NCBI RefSeq assembly: GCF_006345805.1
Contig: NC_043008.1
Coordinates: forward strand, 47,182,001-47,246,000
Source of the DNA: Octopus sinensis
Taxonomy: Eukaryota
DNA length: 64,000 nt
Reading direction: 5' to 3'
The notes beneath the pieces are model-generated. The model was not told the DNA's origin. It searched no databases and was given only the letters and a program-made list of their open reading frames with translations. Shown piece by piece: positions 25,440-38,869 of this stretch (position 1 is the first letter of the stretch; each line of letters opens with the position of its first letter). The translations under genes and the position numbers were made by a program.

Positions 25440-25900
25440 CTGGACATCCTTCTTACTTATTTGCTTGTTATTCACCTAACTTGAAGCTGTGTGAACAATG
25501 CCGGACTGACTTGGTGTCTCAAGTCGTGCGACTTCTTTAGGCACATATTTAAGATTATCAGACGAGGATTGCTACACAAGAAGCTGATTTGTGATGTTCC
25601 CATAAATGGCAACTTAATCACGGGATGCACTTCGACAGTTGGTTGTGAATATATGTTGCCAAGCGGATATGATACGGCAATCAAAGGCAATCTGGCTAAA
25701 TGATACGCCTCTGCCGCCTTGATTTCCTTTTTAAGTCCAGGCGGTCTACGTCGCTGTTGACATGGAAGTTATGCGTGTTGGTTAGTATCTAGGTTTTCAC
25801 ATGAATGACCCAAATTTCATCAAACGTCTAATCAAGTAGCCCAAATATTGGTATGAGTACAGACGCTGCATATTGTGGACAACTGCTTTATTGAATGCAG
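25440..25900 (-). mobile_element. R4/Dong-clade LINE fragment (post-RT thumb region), degenerate
   Basis: AASVLIPIFGLLD*TFDEI...ILTNTHNFHVNSDVDRLDLKRK matches the FH-NSDVDRLY--RK-GGRG motif. Confidence 0.7.
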
Positions 25901-26199
25901 TGAGTTCCGAGGTCCAAATCTTTATTTGACTGTAATATTCTTATGTATGTATGGATGGGATGGATGGATGGGATGGATGGATGGATGGATGATGCATGTA
26001 TGATTGTGTGTGTGGGAGTATGCATGAATGAATCTGTGTATAAATGTTTATGCCTGTTTCCATTATGTGAACTGGGTGCATGTAAATAATTGTGCTTCTT
26101 CCGCATATAATATAAACACACGCACATACAAGAACACACACACACACACACACACAAGACACCGACATATAATCACCTAAATTAAACAGGTTGAAAAGA

Positions 26200-26440
26200 A
26201 CTGAAAGTAATCGGAAACAACCAAAAGTTTCTCATCGCTCTTCTTGAACGTATTGTTATGCTGTCTGACGAGTGTCTTCAAACTATTTTCCGACAGCGAC
26301 GTGTATGAGTTTTCAATATCCCGGTCATTTCTTCGATCGGTTGTATAGATAAATTTCTTCCTCCTCCGAAAGGCATTTCAAAGTACGAAGAACTCCAGCT
26401 GAGTCTCTATTGCTACATTTCTAAAAATATTGACACGTTT
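26200..26440 (-). mobile_element. Penelope-like GIY-YIG endonuclease remnant
   Basis: KFIYTT...NSYTSLSENSLKTLVRQHNNTFKK resembles IY-AT...YIG-TEN-FK-RY--H--SF. Confidence 0.5.
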
Positions 26441-27208
26441 TATTCAAATGATTTATAGATTTGAAATTTGTTCCATATGTTTCTGGTGCAAATGTAGCGA
26501 ACCTTACAGGCGTTCTTCTTAAAACAATTTACTATACTCTCTATGAGACGGGGACATACTGCTGAATAAGAAATCTAGATCTTAAGGTGGACACATTCAA
26601 ACTATATTATGGGTGGAAATATATCACTTGTGATATATCGCATTGTTTTGAATAGAAAAACCCGATCTTATCACTGAAATCACCTTCTTATTGCAATATT
26701 AAGATGAGAGGCGCTTTTGTTAATACGTCACCTACATGTTTTAGTGCATGGAGCGAGTGATTGCAAACTTACGTCATGTATGTTTTCTTTAATTCGTATG
26801 TGATGTGTGAAATCCTTTAGTTTCCTAATCTTTCAACATTGAAGATAATTAATTAGTTTAATCTTAAGATTTAACCACCTGAATAGTTACACTATCTCTC
26901 ATTTTATGTATATTAATCAATTAATAGGTAAAATCGTATCAACTTTTTGTCCCTTGCTTACGTTTTCTAAATACCTGCATACGGTATAAATGACACAATT
27001 AAGACCTGTGAACAAACAAAACCATTTTCAGGATCATTGGATAAACCTTTCCCAGTTTTCTTCATCTAAAAGAAATCCAAAACGAATAAATTGCAGCGAT
27101 ATCTTTACATTCAAAGTAATTCTAACGACAACGACTGTGACACTGACGCACGGTTTATTGCACTGTAGCGGTTGGAGACACAAGTCTCGAGAGAAAAGTG
27201 AGGAAGCG

Positions 27209-27209
<1 letters not shown>

Positions 27210-27279
<70 letters not shown>

Positions 27280-27373
27280 GACAGACACACACAAACACAC
27301 ACACGCAGACACACACAGACAGACAGACAGACACACAAACAGACAGACACACAGACAGACAGACAGACAGACA

Positions 27374-27417
<44 letters not shown>

Positions 27418-27420
27418 TAC
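27210..27420. repeat. (TA)n/(CAGA)n/(CA)n microsatellite
   Basis: Directly visible. Confidence 0.95.
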
Positions 27421-28085
27421 ACTGATACCCAGACAGAAATTTCGATTTTATATCTTGTCATCTTCGAACGGTTTTCTTTTACTAGTATTTTCTGAGACAC
27501 GGCCATCAGTTCCCATGTAAGTACCGGGAATCGAACCAGGGTGTTTTCGCACGCAAAATGAATATTTTTCTTCAATATTTTACATTTCTACCTTTGTAAT
27601 GGCATTAATTGCTGGAAAACATTTGATAGTGTTTAAGTTACTTTCTACAAGAATAGAATATTCTGTGAAGGTTATTTGAAATGAATAGAAAAAGAATCCA
27701 CTTGATTCCACTCGCTTCTAATTGTATTCGCATTTATTGATTTCGGTCATATGGTTACCAAGTATTATTCAAATATTTTACTTTAATTGCAAATTACTAG
27801 CTTTTGTAGAATAACACTAATTAAACTGCTGCAATGATCGCCCGTAGGACGCAGAAAAATATCGGCAGCAAACGTACAAAGAATGCATGATGATTCGTGT
27901 CATGCAATTAAGCAAGTTGCACCAGAGAATTCCTCACAAACCGATTGTACGTGCTCTGGAATTTTGACGAGCTAATCAGTGGACACTGCAGAGTTGAAAA
28001 CCCCTTTGTCACTTCTATCATTACTGTTTAAGTTAAACGATTTATATGTATGTGTGTATGTATGCATATATATATATATATATAT

Positions 28086-28310
28086 GGAGGCGCAGCTGGC
28101 AGAAACGTTAGCACGCCGGGCGAAATACGTAGCCGTGTTTCGTCTGTCGTTACGTTCCCAGTTCAAATTCCGCCGAGGTCGACTTTGCCTTTCATCCTTT
28201 CGGGGTCGATAAATTAAGTACCAGTTACGCACTGGAGTCGATCTAATCGACTTAATCCCTTTGTCCTTGTTTGTCCACTCTATGTTTAGCCCTTTGTGGG
28301 TAGTAAAGAA

Positions 28311-28312
<2 letters not shown>
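28086..28312 (+). mobile_element. tRNA-derived SINE family B
   Basis: gctggcagaaacgttagcacgccgggcgaaat...gttcaaattccgccgaggtcgactttgcctttcatcctttcggggtcgataaattaagtaccag; TA tracts on both sides. Confidence 0.9.
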
Positions 28313-28341
<29 letters not shown>

Positions 28342-28346
28342 AATAA

Positions 28347-28635
28347 TATCACGTGATCACGTGACCGACCAGACCATCAGATGTTGCTACACGTCGCTGG
28401 TCACAATGCGTTCGCATTGTATTTTAGCCTTAGAATGACGCCATCCCGCTGGCTAAGCAGAGTGAGAGAAAGAGTGGTGAAGAATTACAGCAGGGATCAC
28501 CACCCCCTGCCGGAGCCTCGTGGACCTTTTAGGTGTTTTCGCTCAATAAACACACACAACGCCCGGTCTAGGAATCGAAATCGCGATCCTACAACCGCGA
28601 GTCTACTGCCCTAACCACTAGACCATTGCGCCTCC
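28347..28635 (-). mobile_element. tRNA-derived SINE family C with (TCACGTGA)2 tail
   Basis: Minus: ggaggcgcaatggtctagtggttagggcagtagactcgcggttgtaggatcgcgatttcgattcctagacc (A and B boxes), ending ggtcacgtgatcacgtgata. Confidence 0.85.
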
Positions 28636-28784
28636 ACTATATATATATATATATATATATATAAGTGTTTACGTGTATGTATGTATATATGCATATATAT
28701 TATATAAATAATATATATGCATATATACATACATACATGTACACACCTACATATATATATGTATATATATATATATGCATATAT

Positions 28785-29280
28785 GGGTACAGGACGTTAA
28801 AATGTTAACAAAATGAAAAATGAGAACATAAAAAAGCAAAAACATGGAAAAAGAACTTTCTTTCGAACAACGAAAGAAACAAATAGAGAAACGAGACAGG
28901 CGACATATAGCAGAATCCCTTCATCAGTTGTCCTCTGTTTTATCTACTCCGCGTTCCGAACGTTGGGACAAGACGCGACTTCGTTGAAGCAGTCGTTCCC
29001 ACAAAGCAAATTAAATGAAATTTGTGATTTGTGGAGGGCTAAAGTGGTAACAAAAACAGGACAGTGAGAACAAGACAGTAAAAACAAACGGAAAGGAATG
29101 TTAAGGCATAACGATGTGAAATGGTGAACGTTGGAGAAACTAGCTTTGATAGAAGACAGGCAAAGGTGTGTCTTGTGTCTTGTAAAGCAAGAGGAAAAAG
29201 AAAGATAGCCGCTGGTCACATGTGAGCAATGAGAAAGTCAAGGAGGAAGAGTAAGAGTGAGAGAGGGGGAGAAAGTGAAC
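28785..29280 (-). mobile_element. Penelope-type terminal-repeat-like sequence, copy 1
   Basis: Homologous to 38340-38789 (ttgctcaca..tgaccagcg, gacaactgatgaa, gac.tcctgtaccc); the family link to Penelope is inferred. Confidence 0.55.
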
Positions 29281-29398
29281 AGTGAGGTGGGGAGAAGAAA
29301 AACAAAAAGGAATCGAGGGAGAATAGAGATAGCTTGTAGAGTGTGCATCAGAGTTAAGATAAAACTTACTTGGAAATGGATACGTAGTGTCCGATCAT

Positions 29399-29458
29399 AT
29401 AATAATAATAATAAGAAGATTAATAATAATAATAATAATGATAATAATAATAATAATG

Positions 29459-29507
<49 letters not shown>

Positions 29508-29561
29508 TAATAATAATGATAATAATAATAAGAATAATAATGATAATAATAATGATAATAA

Positions 29562-29607
<46 letters not shown>
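29399..29607. repeat. (AAT)n followed by (AT)n
   Basis: Directly visible. Confidence 0.95.
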
Positions 29608-29610
<3 letters not shown>

Positions 29611-30383
29611 TGAGATCTGGGCTTCTTGAGTGTCATATATCCTTGCCCATGAACGAGGGTATGTATTTCTAAATCCAGTGTTGTGTCTGCTTGCAAATGT
29701 GGGATGATGCCGATACCTGGTGGTGGTTCCAAGATGCACTTTGAAAATGTTCATTTGCCCATGGAAGCAGTTCAGTTTCCAGAATGTCGCTGGACTCAGA
29801 TACACCTCAAAATCGGTCTTTCTCTTGGTTTACTCTCTGTTCGATGTCAAATTTCTTTTGATTAGTGAAAGGTTGAGCAGCGAGCCTGCAGCACTCTCAC
29901 GTAGAATCAGCCGAATTCTCTCCAGTCCAATGTTCTTATAAACCTGACTGTGCTCATGGCGACGGATCATCTTGTAGAAATGGGTCCTGAGATCCTCCTA
30001 CAACACTCCCTACATTGATGTTCGGGTTATTTATCTTAACTTTTCTCTGGTACTGTTGATAAGCTAAGGGTTCGCACACTTCATTTTTGGCCACGTCCAG
30101 GTCGGTCAGTGGCAGAACTAATGTCTTGAAATTTCTTGACAATTTTCCAAACTGTAGATCGCTTAATTTTAAGCTTTGTATTACTTTCACCTCATGTCTG
30201 GAGGGTTATTTCTTTATTTCAGTGAATGTCTATTATCTAAGCTATAATTTATTTAGTCTGAAACAAAAAGGAGACACACTAAATTTTTTTTTTATCATGA
30301 TGTATAATTTTCATATCTTATCACATTTATTGACAGTGTTTTAAAACCCGAAACTTCAGTAGCCTAAATTTTGGGACATCCTG
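29608..30383 (-). mobile_element. Tc1/mariner (DD37D/maT-like) transposase remnant with 5' TIR
   Basis: IKRSTVWKIVKKFQ..DRPGRG; FTNQKKFDIEQ; ILETELLPWANEHF; YIPSFMGKDI..SPDL. Ends at the (TA)n; TIR caggatgtcccaaaattt at 30383. Confidence 0.8.
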
Positions 30384-30454
30384 CATATATACGTATGTGT
30401 GTGTGTGTGCGCGCGCGCGCGTGCGTGTGTGTGTGTGTAAATATATGTGACAAT

Positions 30455-30962
30455 TATTCGGTAGCCATGATAAAACACCGAGCATCGGATGTCGGGGCGG
30501 AAATCCACACCGGTATCTCTTCAGTTATCGGACCATACAAAAAAAAAAAAAACTGCTATGAAAATGACCGTTAAAACAAAGGGAAATTACTGTGTGATTG
30601 ACCGTTATTAAGTCAAAAGAGCTATTAGAATGACTGCTAAGTAAGGGGAGGGAGTAAAAATATTCATAGTAATCGCGAGCTGCCGTACTTTTGTAATCTT
30701 CATTAGACGCATCCAACTCTTTTCGAATCCTCTTCAGTGTCCTCAGATTGACACCCAAACACTTTGAAATGTTCGTCTTGGAGATTATTTCGGCGCGAAC
30801 GCCAAGCAGTACAACATGTGTCCAAATTCCTGGCAGTGTCTATTGTGTCATGGTGCTGTTTTACTCCCAACTGACCAATCTATACTGTGTAGTCGACAAA
30901 AACACATCTTGCGCATGCGTTAAATTAAAAATATAAAATGGGGCCAATTTACTCATCACACC

Positions 30963-30965
<3 letters not shown>
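30455..30965 (-). mobile_element. Tc1/mariner 5' fragment with TIR
   Basis: Minus begins ta|cagggtgtgatgagtaaattggcccc; HTH-like TNISKCLGVNLRTLKRIRKELDAS. Confidence 0.65.
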
Positions 30966-30996
<31 letters not shown>

Positions 30997-32454
30997 TGAT
31001 ATAGTGCATAATATGTGTATGAAATATTTATAAGTTTACATGTTACTCTTTATATAGAAGAAGGACATACATATGATATGTTATTGCTAACGTTTAAGTC
31101 ATTAATCATCACCTCCCGTAATAAATCATGTTATTCACGCTTTAATCACAGACACCATCTTTACCGAATATTCGTTCAGGTTCATTAGCTTCTTTCATGG
31201 AAAACCTTCTTTGAAATATTTTATAATTTGCCATATCTCTGCATCTATCCGTATAATGTAAGATTTATTACGGAAATTTAATCTGAGTTTCATTTTTAAA
31301 GGATATGCTCAAATTATTTCTTAGTATCCTATGTGCCAGCTAACTATATATCATAAACTACCAACAAAGTTAATTCCATCAAAGTATGCCTGCTCTCTTT
31401 CTGAATACAGTCACTCATTTAATATAATCTGTACATCTTCCACTTATACTATATTTTAAAACATATAGCTGTAGGTTGCTAATGAAGTTATCTGTAAAAT
31501 TAGAGCAGATATAGGCATAAATCTTATATAGCTAATTTACTACCACCCAAAATAAACCATTGAATAGTTCACATCTTGCATATCAGAACAAATGAACGTA
31601 AATTATAAATATATATATATATATATTGAGATCCTTTGATCTGAAAGGCAACTATTTGTCGACATAGTAAACTATGAAAATATTGTCGATAATAAATATG
31701 AATAGATAATTACTAGTGTGATAATATTATGATTTCGATTATAAGTATTTTCATGATATAATTAGGATAGAAGTGGTTACAGGTGATTACTACAACGCAA
31801 CATTATTAGCGTTATATAAACTTCTAACAGCGGATAAAGGGCAAAAAAACAGGGAATTGATTTCACAATACACCTGACTACATAACAACTACCCAGGGTA
31901 GTGTAGCTTCAATAAACTTAATACAATCAATGTTCATCTCAGAACAATTATGAATAAATTGCGAAGATTCTGAGCTCCAGAATCGACAATAAATATCTGA
32001 TTGCATCGTTTACCAGCTATTGGGTAACGCGAGAAATAGATAAATGTGTAAACTGTATCGTTGGGAGGGGGACTTAAAAAAACAGCGTTCGTAGTTATTT
32101 TTGGAGGTAATAATTTATCAGGATTACCGAAAGAAAGTAAGCTTATTATATAATGTTTGTGCTGCGTGTGTAAATGTGTGCATGTGTGTCCGTTTCTGTT
32201 CGATTCTGAGAGCTTATGGATAAAAGTGTATGAAATGTTATTCCTTCTTATATTCCGTTACAGTTTCACGGAAATTTAGAATGTATCAAATTCGAACTGG
32301 TGACGTCCATATTGTTAAGGGCCAAAGTAAATGAACTGAATAATTAACGTCTGAGTAACGTTGAGTGGTGTAAGGGAAGTACACCTAATCTATAATACTG
32401 GTAACAGCGACATAATCACCTGCTACTACTACTTCAACAACTGCTACATTTACC

Positions 32455-33605
32455 ACTATTATTATCATTTTTATTATTCATATACCCAAAACTGATTACA
32501 CTTTTTGAAAAGAAAAATTCCTAATATCGGTTTACAAGTAACATTCGATGCCAAGACCCATCCTAGGTATCCTAGCCGTCCCTAATAACGCTGGGTTGTA
32601 GGTCCATTTCTTTTATCCATCTTTTCAGATCTTTATGGATAGTTCTCAATGCATCTATAACTACCGGGTTACATTTTACACGCCATTTCCATAGTCTCTG
32701 TAATTAAGTGAGTAGGTCCTCGCATTTACAATTTTTCCTATATCTCTCATATTGATTCAGTCTGCGTTCTAAAGTCCTAGAACATCTTATATTTCTTACC
32801 ATCTAATGCTTTGCTAGATTCATGTTCATACCATTTATCAGTATGGTCAAATACTAGTTTTCCACGTAATCCCCAATGGATTGTTCTCCCTGGTTTGTCG
32901 TGTTTTTCTTGTATTCTTTTTGTGCCAGCATGCTACATTCACTAACTATGTAAGTAACACCTTCACCTTTTGATTTGCGTAACCTACATTGGGAATCTAC
33001 TTGCTTTTTCTATCTGCGTTTTTATCAAATTAGTCCTTAACGCTTGATCTTGTGCTGCTGTTAAACTTTCTATCTCCCTTTTCAGTTGTCCTTTCTGTAA
33101 GCATAACCATGGCTCACTACTACTATTTGCTGTAACCATCTTTGGGAATCTACCATGCAACACATTCTCCGTCAGATAACTTTTGTTCCTTTTTCTGGTT
33201 TTGAACTTAGTTTGATTTCATGCAATCTTTTGTTATTAACCCTCTTCGACATTCCTTTCTTGGTAAATATAATCTTGCTATTTGTGCTCTTGGATTCCTT
33301 CCTAGTTCTTCTCTCTAGATTTGCTAATTCAGTTTTTCTCCAATGTACAAAAGCTGCTGGGTATCTAAGTAATGATACTTCCCAATTATTTACAGCCTTT
33401 ATTAGATTCGGACCATTTAGTTTTGATGTCATTAGCTTCCTTACATTTCTTATGTAATCCTTCTCAATTGCTGTTTTCATTTCTGTAGTTAGTATTCCGT
33501 GAGATTCTAATACATTTAGATACTTATAACCATGGTCCTTCTTTTAATGATTACCATCTGGTAATTGGATACCTTCCCAGTTGAATACCTGCCCCCTTTC
33601 CATGA
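32455..33605 (-). mobile_element. R4/Dong-clade LINE, 5'-truncated, degenerate
   Basis: GYKYLNVLE; MKTAIEKDYIRNVRKLMTSKLNGPNLIKAVNNW..LLRY..W..TELANLERRTRK; AAQDQALRTN; KCRL; LLGTARIPRMGLGI*. (TAA)-like runs at both ends. Confidence 0.85.
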
Positions 33606-33609
33606 CTAC

Positions 33610-33653
<44 letters not shown>

Positions 33654-33654
<1 letters not shown>

Positions 33655-33870
33655 GGCAGCTAGCTGGCAGAATCGTTAGGACGCCTGCCGAAATGCTATG
33701 CGGGATTTCGTCCGTCTTTACGTTCTGAGTTCAAATTCAGGCTGGGGTGACTTTGCCTTTCATCTTTTCGGTGTCGATAAATTAAGTACCAGTTGAGTAC
33801 TGGGGTCGATGTAATCGGCCATCCCCTTCCCCAAAATTCAGGCCATGTGCTTATAATAGAACTGGCTATT
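33654..33870 (+). mobile_element. SINE family B
   Basis: ggcagctagctggcagaatcgttagg...ttctgagttcaaattc...actttgcctttcatcttttcggtgtcgataaattaagtaccag; between (ATT)n arrays. Confidence 0.88.
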
Positions 33871-33901
33871 ATCATTATCATCATCATTATTGTTATTGTT
33901 A

Positions 33902-33978
<77 letters not shown>

Positions 33979-34160
33979 TAGTTTTATTTTTTATAGCGTG
34001 ACTTCACTTCACTACCGAGCGCAGCTCTGTGTGCCTTGGGTTTGTGCTGTGATTTGTTGTGATGCTCTGATGGTTATTGTATGGAACGCGTTCTGCGTAG
34101 GATGTGTGCAGTGCCTAGTAGTGCAATTTCCTGTATGTTATATGTGTTTGTAAGTCCTGG

Positions 34161-34211
<51 letters not shown>

Positions 34212-34212
34212 A

Positions 34213-34425
34213 TAGGTGAGCTGACAGAATCGTTAGCGTGCTGGGGAAAATGCTTAGCGGTATTTCGTCCGTCACTCCGTTCTGAGTTCAAATTCCGCCG
34301 AAGTCTACTTTGCATTTCATCCTTTCGGGGTTGATAAAATAAGTACCAGTTAAACACTGGGGTTGATGTAACCGTCTCATCCCCTCCCCCAAAATGACAG
34401 GCCTTGTCGCAAAATCTGAAACCGT
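34213..34425 (+). mobile_element. SINE family B
   Basis: gagctgacagaatcgttagcg...ttctgagttcaaattccgccgaagtctactttgcatttcatcctttcgggg. Confidence 0.88.
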
Positions 34426-34429
34426 TATT

Positions 34430-35075
34430 ATTGTTTGTTGTTACTATTGTTGTTATCATTACTAGCCTGAAAGACTTTCGGATGATTCTTATTACCGGTT
34501 ACTTTTCACTTGAAAGCAGGTAATAACAAATCACAAAGGTTTCAAGTAGGGCCTTTTCCTGTGACTCAAAGTGAAAATACTCTCCTTAGAATGCGAGTTG
34601 TACACAAAAGTGCCGTCTTCTGGATCACCTCGAGGCTGACAGTAGCCCCAATATTCTTAATATGCTTTTCAAAACCATTGGAAACTGCTCCTAACGCTCC
34701 AGTTACCACCAGTATCGCTATTACTTTCCTTATACCTCATAACTTTCCTATCTCGTCCCGCAGTGGCTGTTATTTCCTAATCCTTTCTGTTTCCTTACAT
34801 TTCACCATCGAATCGCTTCGTATTGCAGCATCTATTATGTTTACTTCTTTTTCATCTTCATGAATGATCACAATATCTAGTCGTCTCACCTCTATGACTT
34901 GGTCCCACTGTATGTTAAAATCCCAGAGTATTTGGTAATGTTCCTTTTCCATTTTTTCCTCTGGCTTCTGTTCATTCCATTGTTCGGCTCTCTCGAGGTT
35001 TGCTTAACCACACAACAACCAGTGGATATATCTTGTTACATTATCGTGTCTCCTTTTATATTCGCGAGTTGCTCT
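34430..35075 (-). mobile_element. R4/Dong-clade LINE 3' end (restriction-like endonuclease)
   Basis: EYKRRHDNV; QILWDFNIQWDQVIEVRRLDIV..IIDAAI; VVTGALGAV; IQKTALLCTTRILRRVFSL*; (TAA/CAA) tail. Confidence 0.85.
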
Positions 35076-35925
35076 TGAGAGAATTCGCCTTAAAGAGAAA
35101 ATTTTGAGATTTATAATTGCCAAATGTAATATCATAAAACAAATATTTCAAATATGGTTTCCCAAATCGCGAGAAGCGACGACTGTTGGAATAATCGCTT
35201 TTATATTGTGGTCCACGTGACAATGTCGTCGTGAAATGATGCAAAGGCCGCAGCAGCAACAACAGCAGTAGCAGCAGCAGCGGAAACACAATCAGCAGCA
35301 GCAGTCACGAGCAAAATATATTTTTAAATGCCACAAACAAAACATCCACCACCATCATCAACACTACCATTACCACCACCGGCACATATGGATACAGATA
35401 TTGTGTCGATTAGCCAGCTGGAAACGATATTACCTAGGGTTAAATAACAGTGACAATATTCCCTCCCAAGACGGTCACATTATGTTGGTAAATATTCTTT
35501 AAAGAACAATTTCTGAATGCCTCTCTTTGACAGATTTAGAAATGTTTCTATTTATTTTATATATGTATATCATTAAAGACAAGAAGACTGTAGCGAGCGA
35601 CGCAGACCCAGACTTAAGCGTGCTCGAGACCGCTTTAGGGCTCAAAAACTTATGTTGCCTGTGGGAGACACTTTGGCACAGCTGAGGAAAAACTGTTCGC
35701 AACTGAAAAACTAGACAAAGAAAATGCCACAACAACCATCAAAAGTGAGAAATTATAGCTAATTCGGACAGATCTCGGTTAGAAGCTGGTCAAAATAAAT
35801 GTAGCACAGGGGGGCAGTTGAAGTGAGCCTAACTTTGCTGGTCGCAGCAGTATTTTATGGCGTAGAGAACGCAAAACAATTCTGTAAGTTCAAAAAATAG
35901 AAGATAATTGGTGAAAGGCAGTTCC

Positions 35926-35993
<68 letters not shown>

Positions 35994-35994
35994 C

Positions 35995-36192
35995 CCTTCT
36001 ACTATAGGCACAAGGCCTGAAATTCGAGGGAGGGGATAGTCGGTTTCACTGGTACATAATTTGTCGACCCCGGAAGGATGAAAGGCAAAGTCAACCCAGG
36101 CAGAATTTGAACTAAGAACATAGCAACAGGCAAAATATTGCTAAGTATTTCGTCCAGCGCACTAATGATTCTTCCTGCTCGCTCCCTTAATA
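35995..36192 (-). mobile_element. SINE family B
   Basis: Revcomp of ttctgagttcaaattc..tgactttgcctttcatccttccggggtcgac core; 3' end abuts (AAT)n at 35925-35993. Confidence 0.8.
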
Positions 36193-36339
36193 ATTATAAT
36201 AATGATAATAGTAGTACTTTTACTTGCTGTAGCACTCTTGAACCCCGTTTCTTGTCGGCTCTTGGTAACTAGTAGAATTTCGATATTGTATTATCAGATA
36301 AAAGCTTTCTCTCATTTGTATTATACAAAGCAGAATATT

Positions 36340-36367
36340 CCGAGCAACGCTGGGGCATATTTTCTTG
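36340..36367 (+). mobile_element. Possible decayed Helitron 3' hairpin
   Basis: ccgagcaacgctggggcatattttcttg resembles the terminus cccgagcaacgccgggcggtactgctag of the 20868 element. Confidence 0.25.
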
Positions 36368-37699
36368 AAAATAAATAAGTTGGAACTTTTAATATTTTGA
36401 TTTCCTTTTCTTATATTTTTATATAAAGATTTCTACCACAACACAACGGTGCGCCCCCAACATGCAAAAGTGGAAATGACTGTAAAAGCTGACACGTGCA
36501 TCAAAATAAAGGAAAATCGTTTTTTCGTAAGATAGACATAGGAGAAGAATATTGTTATAATGAAACAAAAACACACTAACTTAATTAGCGTTAATGGCAT
36601 TATACAGAGAAAGTTTATTGATTGAAGTAGCTGTCAAGACAGATTTCTTAATTGTCATTTTTGGCTAACATCACTTCTAACTTGGTCATAGGTGATTAAA
36701 CCAAAAAATGGGGTCAGTATGTAACGAAGCGATTCAGTATTCTTCCAATATTCAGTATTCTTCCAATATTCTTCCAGTATTCTTCTTATGGAGTGGGAGA
36801 GAGAAATTAAATATGTCTCTAGAGACTCATAGACTTCGCTTATACAAACGAAACAATGATTACAATTAGTATTGACCCTCGTTTGTAAGAACACCGCAAA
36901 TTGTTGGAGCAAATTGTATGTATCTCTATGCATAATAGGAAAGAATAGCAAGCGAGTAACCACCTCAGAAGATATGTTATACAATTTCTAATAAACTTGT
37001 GCCAAAGTATTTGGGTAGAAAAAATGCGAGCATCGGGTCCAAGCCTGAATGAGGTTGATATTAGTTCGTCGAAAATAAGGTCAAAAAGTCACACCTGAAG
37101 ATCGCGAAGAAGATATGAGGCGAGGAGTAATTAATGGACATACAAATCTTCTTGAACCTCGAAGTGTTCCCAGTAGAGTTCACAGAAGTCGATGAGATTG
37201 TCAGTGAATGGCAGGAAATGCAATCAGTGAATATTTTTTCCGGCATTAATATCATGCACGAAAACAGAACAGCAACAGAAGCGACCGAGGAGGACACAGA
37301 GGGATATGTCCGTAACGACAAAAGTAACAACCCCAGTCACCCAGAATACTAACCAGCTACATCATCACCATCAACAATTGTCTACTGAAGACAGACAAAG
37401 ACACAGCCAGTGTTCTCTTTCCTGACAACCATGGATATTTCCCGTGAATTATTTTCCGTTTAAATTATATCATGTTTAAACAATTCTGTTATTACATTCT
37501 ATGTGATTTGAATTCAGTGTTATAAATACCTTGTACTGTTCCTCAAATGTGTGAGGCTCTTCATCCCTATATTCATATTTATATGATAAGTGTACGTTCC
37601 ACCGCAAAAGGCAATAATATTCTTAAAATAGTCTTTTTACTGGGAAGTATATTGCTATTGATCTTGTGAATTTTAAAACTTCGATGTCCCTTATTTAGA

Positions 37700-38789
37700 A
37701 CACATAGCTGACACCAATGTCACTTTACAACGTGAATATTATATAGGATTTAGCTCTGTTTGTTAATACTTAATGCCTTCATTATGACAAGAGCTGCGCA
37801 ATTATAATAATCAATACCTCCTAATTTAAAGGTGGCAATGAAATATCGTTCATGGACACAGAGGAGATGTGCTTTCTCTGGTTTATACTTGAGTACGAAG
37901 CCTCCATTACTGCACACATTTCATTTCATTAACTTCACTAATTTTAACCCTGAAACCCCCACTGACGCCATGATGCCTCTCTCCCACGCCACCAAATGCA
38001 CATTTCACCAAATAATATGTACTCCCCCCCCACTGCATTCACACTTATCTTCAGAAACACTCTCACCACCACCACACATTAAATGTACAGCATAATCACA
38101 CTTCATCATGCACACCATATCAAATGTGATCATTTATTAGGTACACACAGACACATCCACGCATACAAATATACACCCACATGTACACGCATATATTTAT
38201 ACACACCCAACGCACACACACACACATATATATATAACAGTATACATATATAAAGTTATACATGTATGTATATGTATACTGTTTTCTTTCTCCATCCCTC
38301 TCTAATTCCCCTTTTCTAAGTCCTTCTCCCCCTCTTTTTTCTCTCTCCCGTTGCTCACACCTGACCAGCGTTCATCTTTCTTTTCCTGCATGACGTTCAA
38401 AGGACTGGACGTTTTCTTTCTGTCTCTTCTATCTATTACGTTTTCAAAGAAATTTTTTCTCCCAGCGTTCACTATTTTCTTCTCGTTCTGGTCTTACGAT
38501 CTTCCGTGTTTGCTTTCCTTTGGTTTCTTTGTATGCGTCCACTGTCCAGCTTTTGTCTCCAAACTTGACCCTCCCTAAATCCTAAATTTTATTTTGGAAT
38601 TGATGGGAGCAACTGTCTTCGAAGACTCTTTTATTGAATGCTCGAAATGGCGAATAGGTAGACAGCCGACAACTGATGAACGATCGTTCTTTGTGTTTGT
38701 CTTGTTTTCCTTTTTTTTCGCTCGTTGTTTGCGTATTTAGCTCGTTTCTTTTCGTATTTCATGTTTACAGTTGGTGACATCCTGTACCC
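37700..38789 (+). mobile_element. Penelope-like 3' region: weak GIY-YIG remnant plus terminal-repeat copy 2 (38340-38789)
   Basis: YYIGFSS at ~37740; repeat homologous to 28785-29280 with the caactgatgaa motif. Confidence 0.5.
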
Positions 38790-38806
38790 ATATATGCACA
38801 CACACA

Positions 38807-38837
<31 letters not shown>

Positions 38838-38869
38838 GTATATATATATATATATATACATATATGTTG

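Noticed and set aside
26260-26297. gctgt-CTGACGA...acagc hammerhead-like
   Set aside because: No GAAA or stem II; it lies in the antisense of a GIY-YIG remnant, so probably chance.
27500-27560. tRNA-like B box (ggttcgattcccggt) on the minus strand
   Set aside because: No A box or cloverleaf; at most a decayed tRNA/SINE fragment.
30720-30740. CTGAAGA-ggattc-GAAA on the minus strand
   Set aside because: Inside transposase coding sequence (LKRIRK); no stems I or III.
37134-37352. 72-aa acidic ORF, and the 77-80-aa overlapping ORFs at 45178-45517
   Set aside because: No recognisable motif, splice context or homology; length is compatible with chance.
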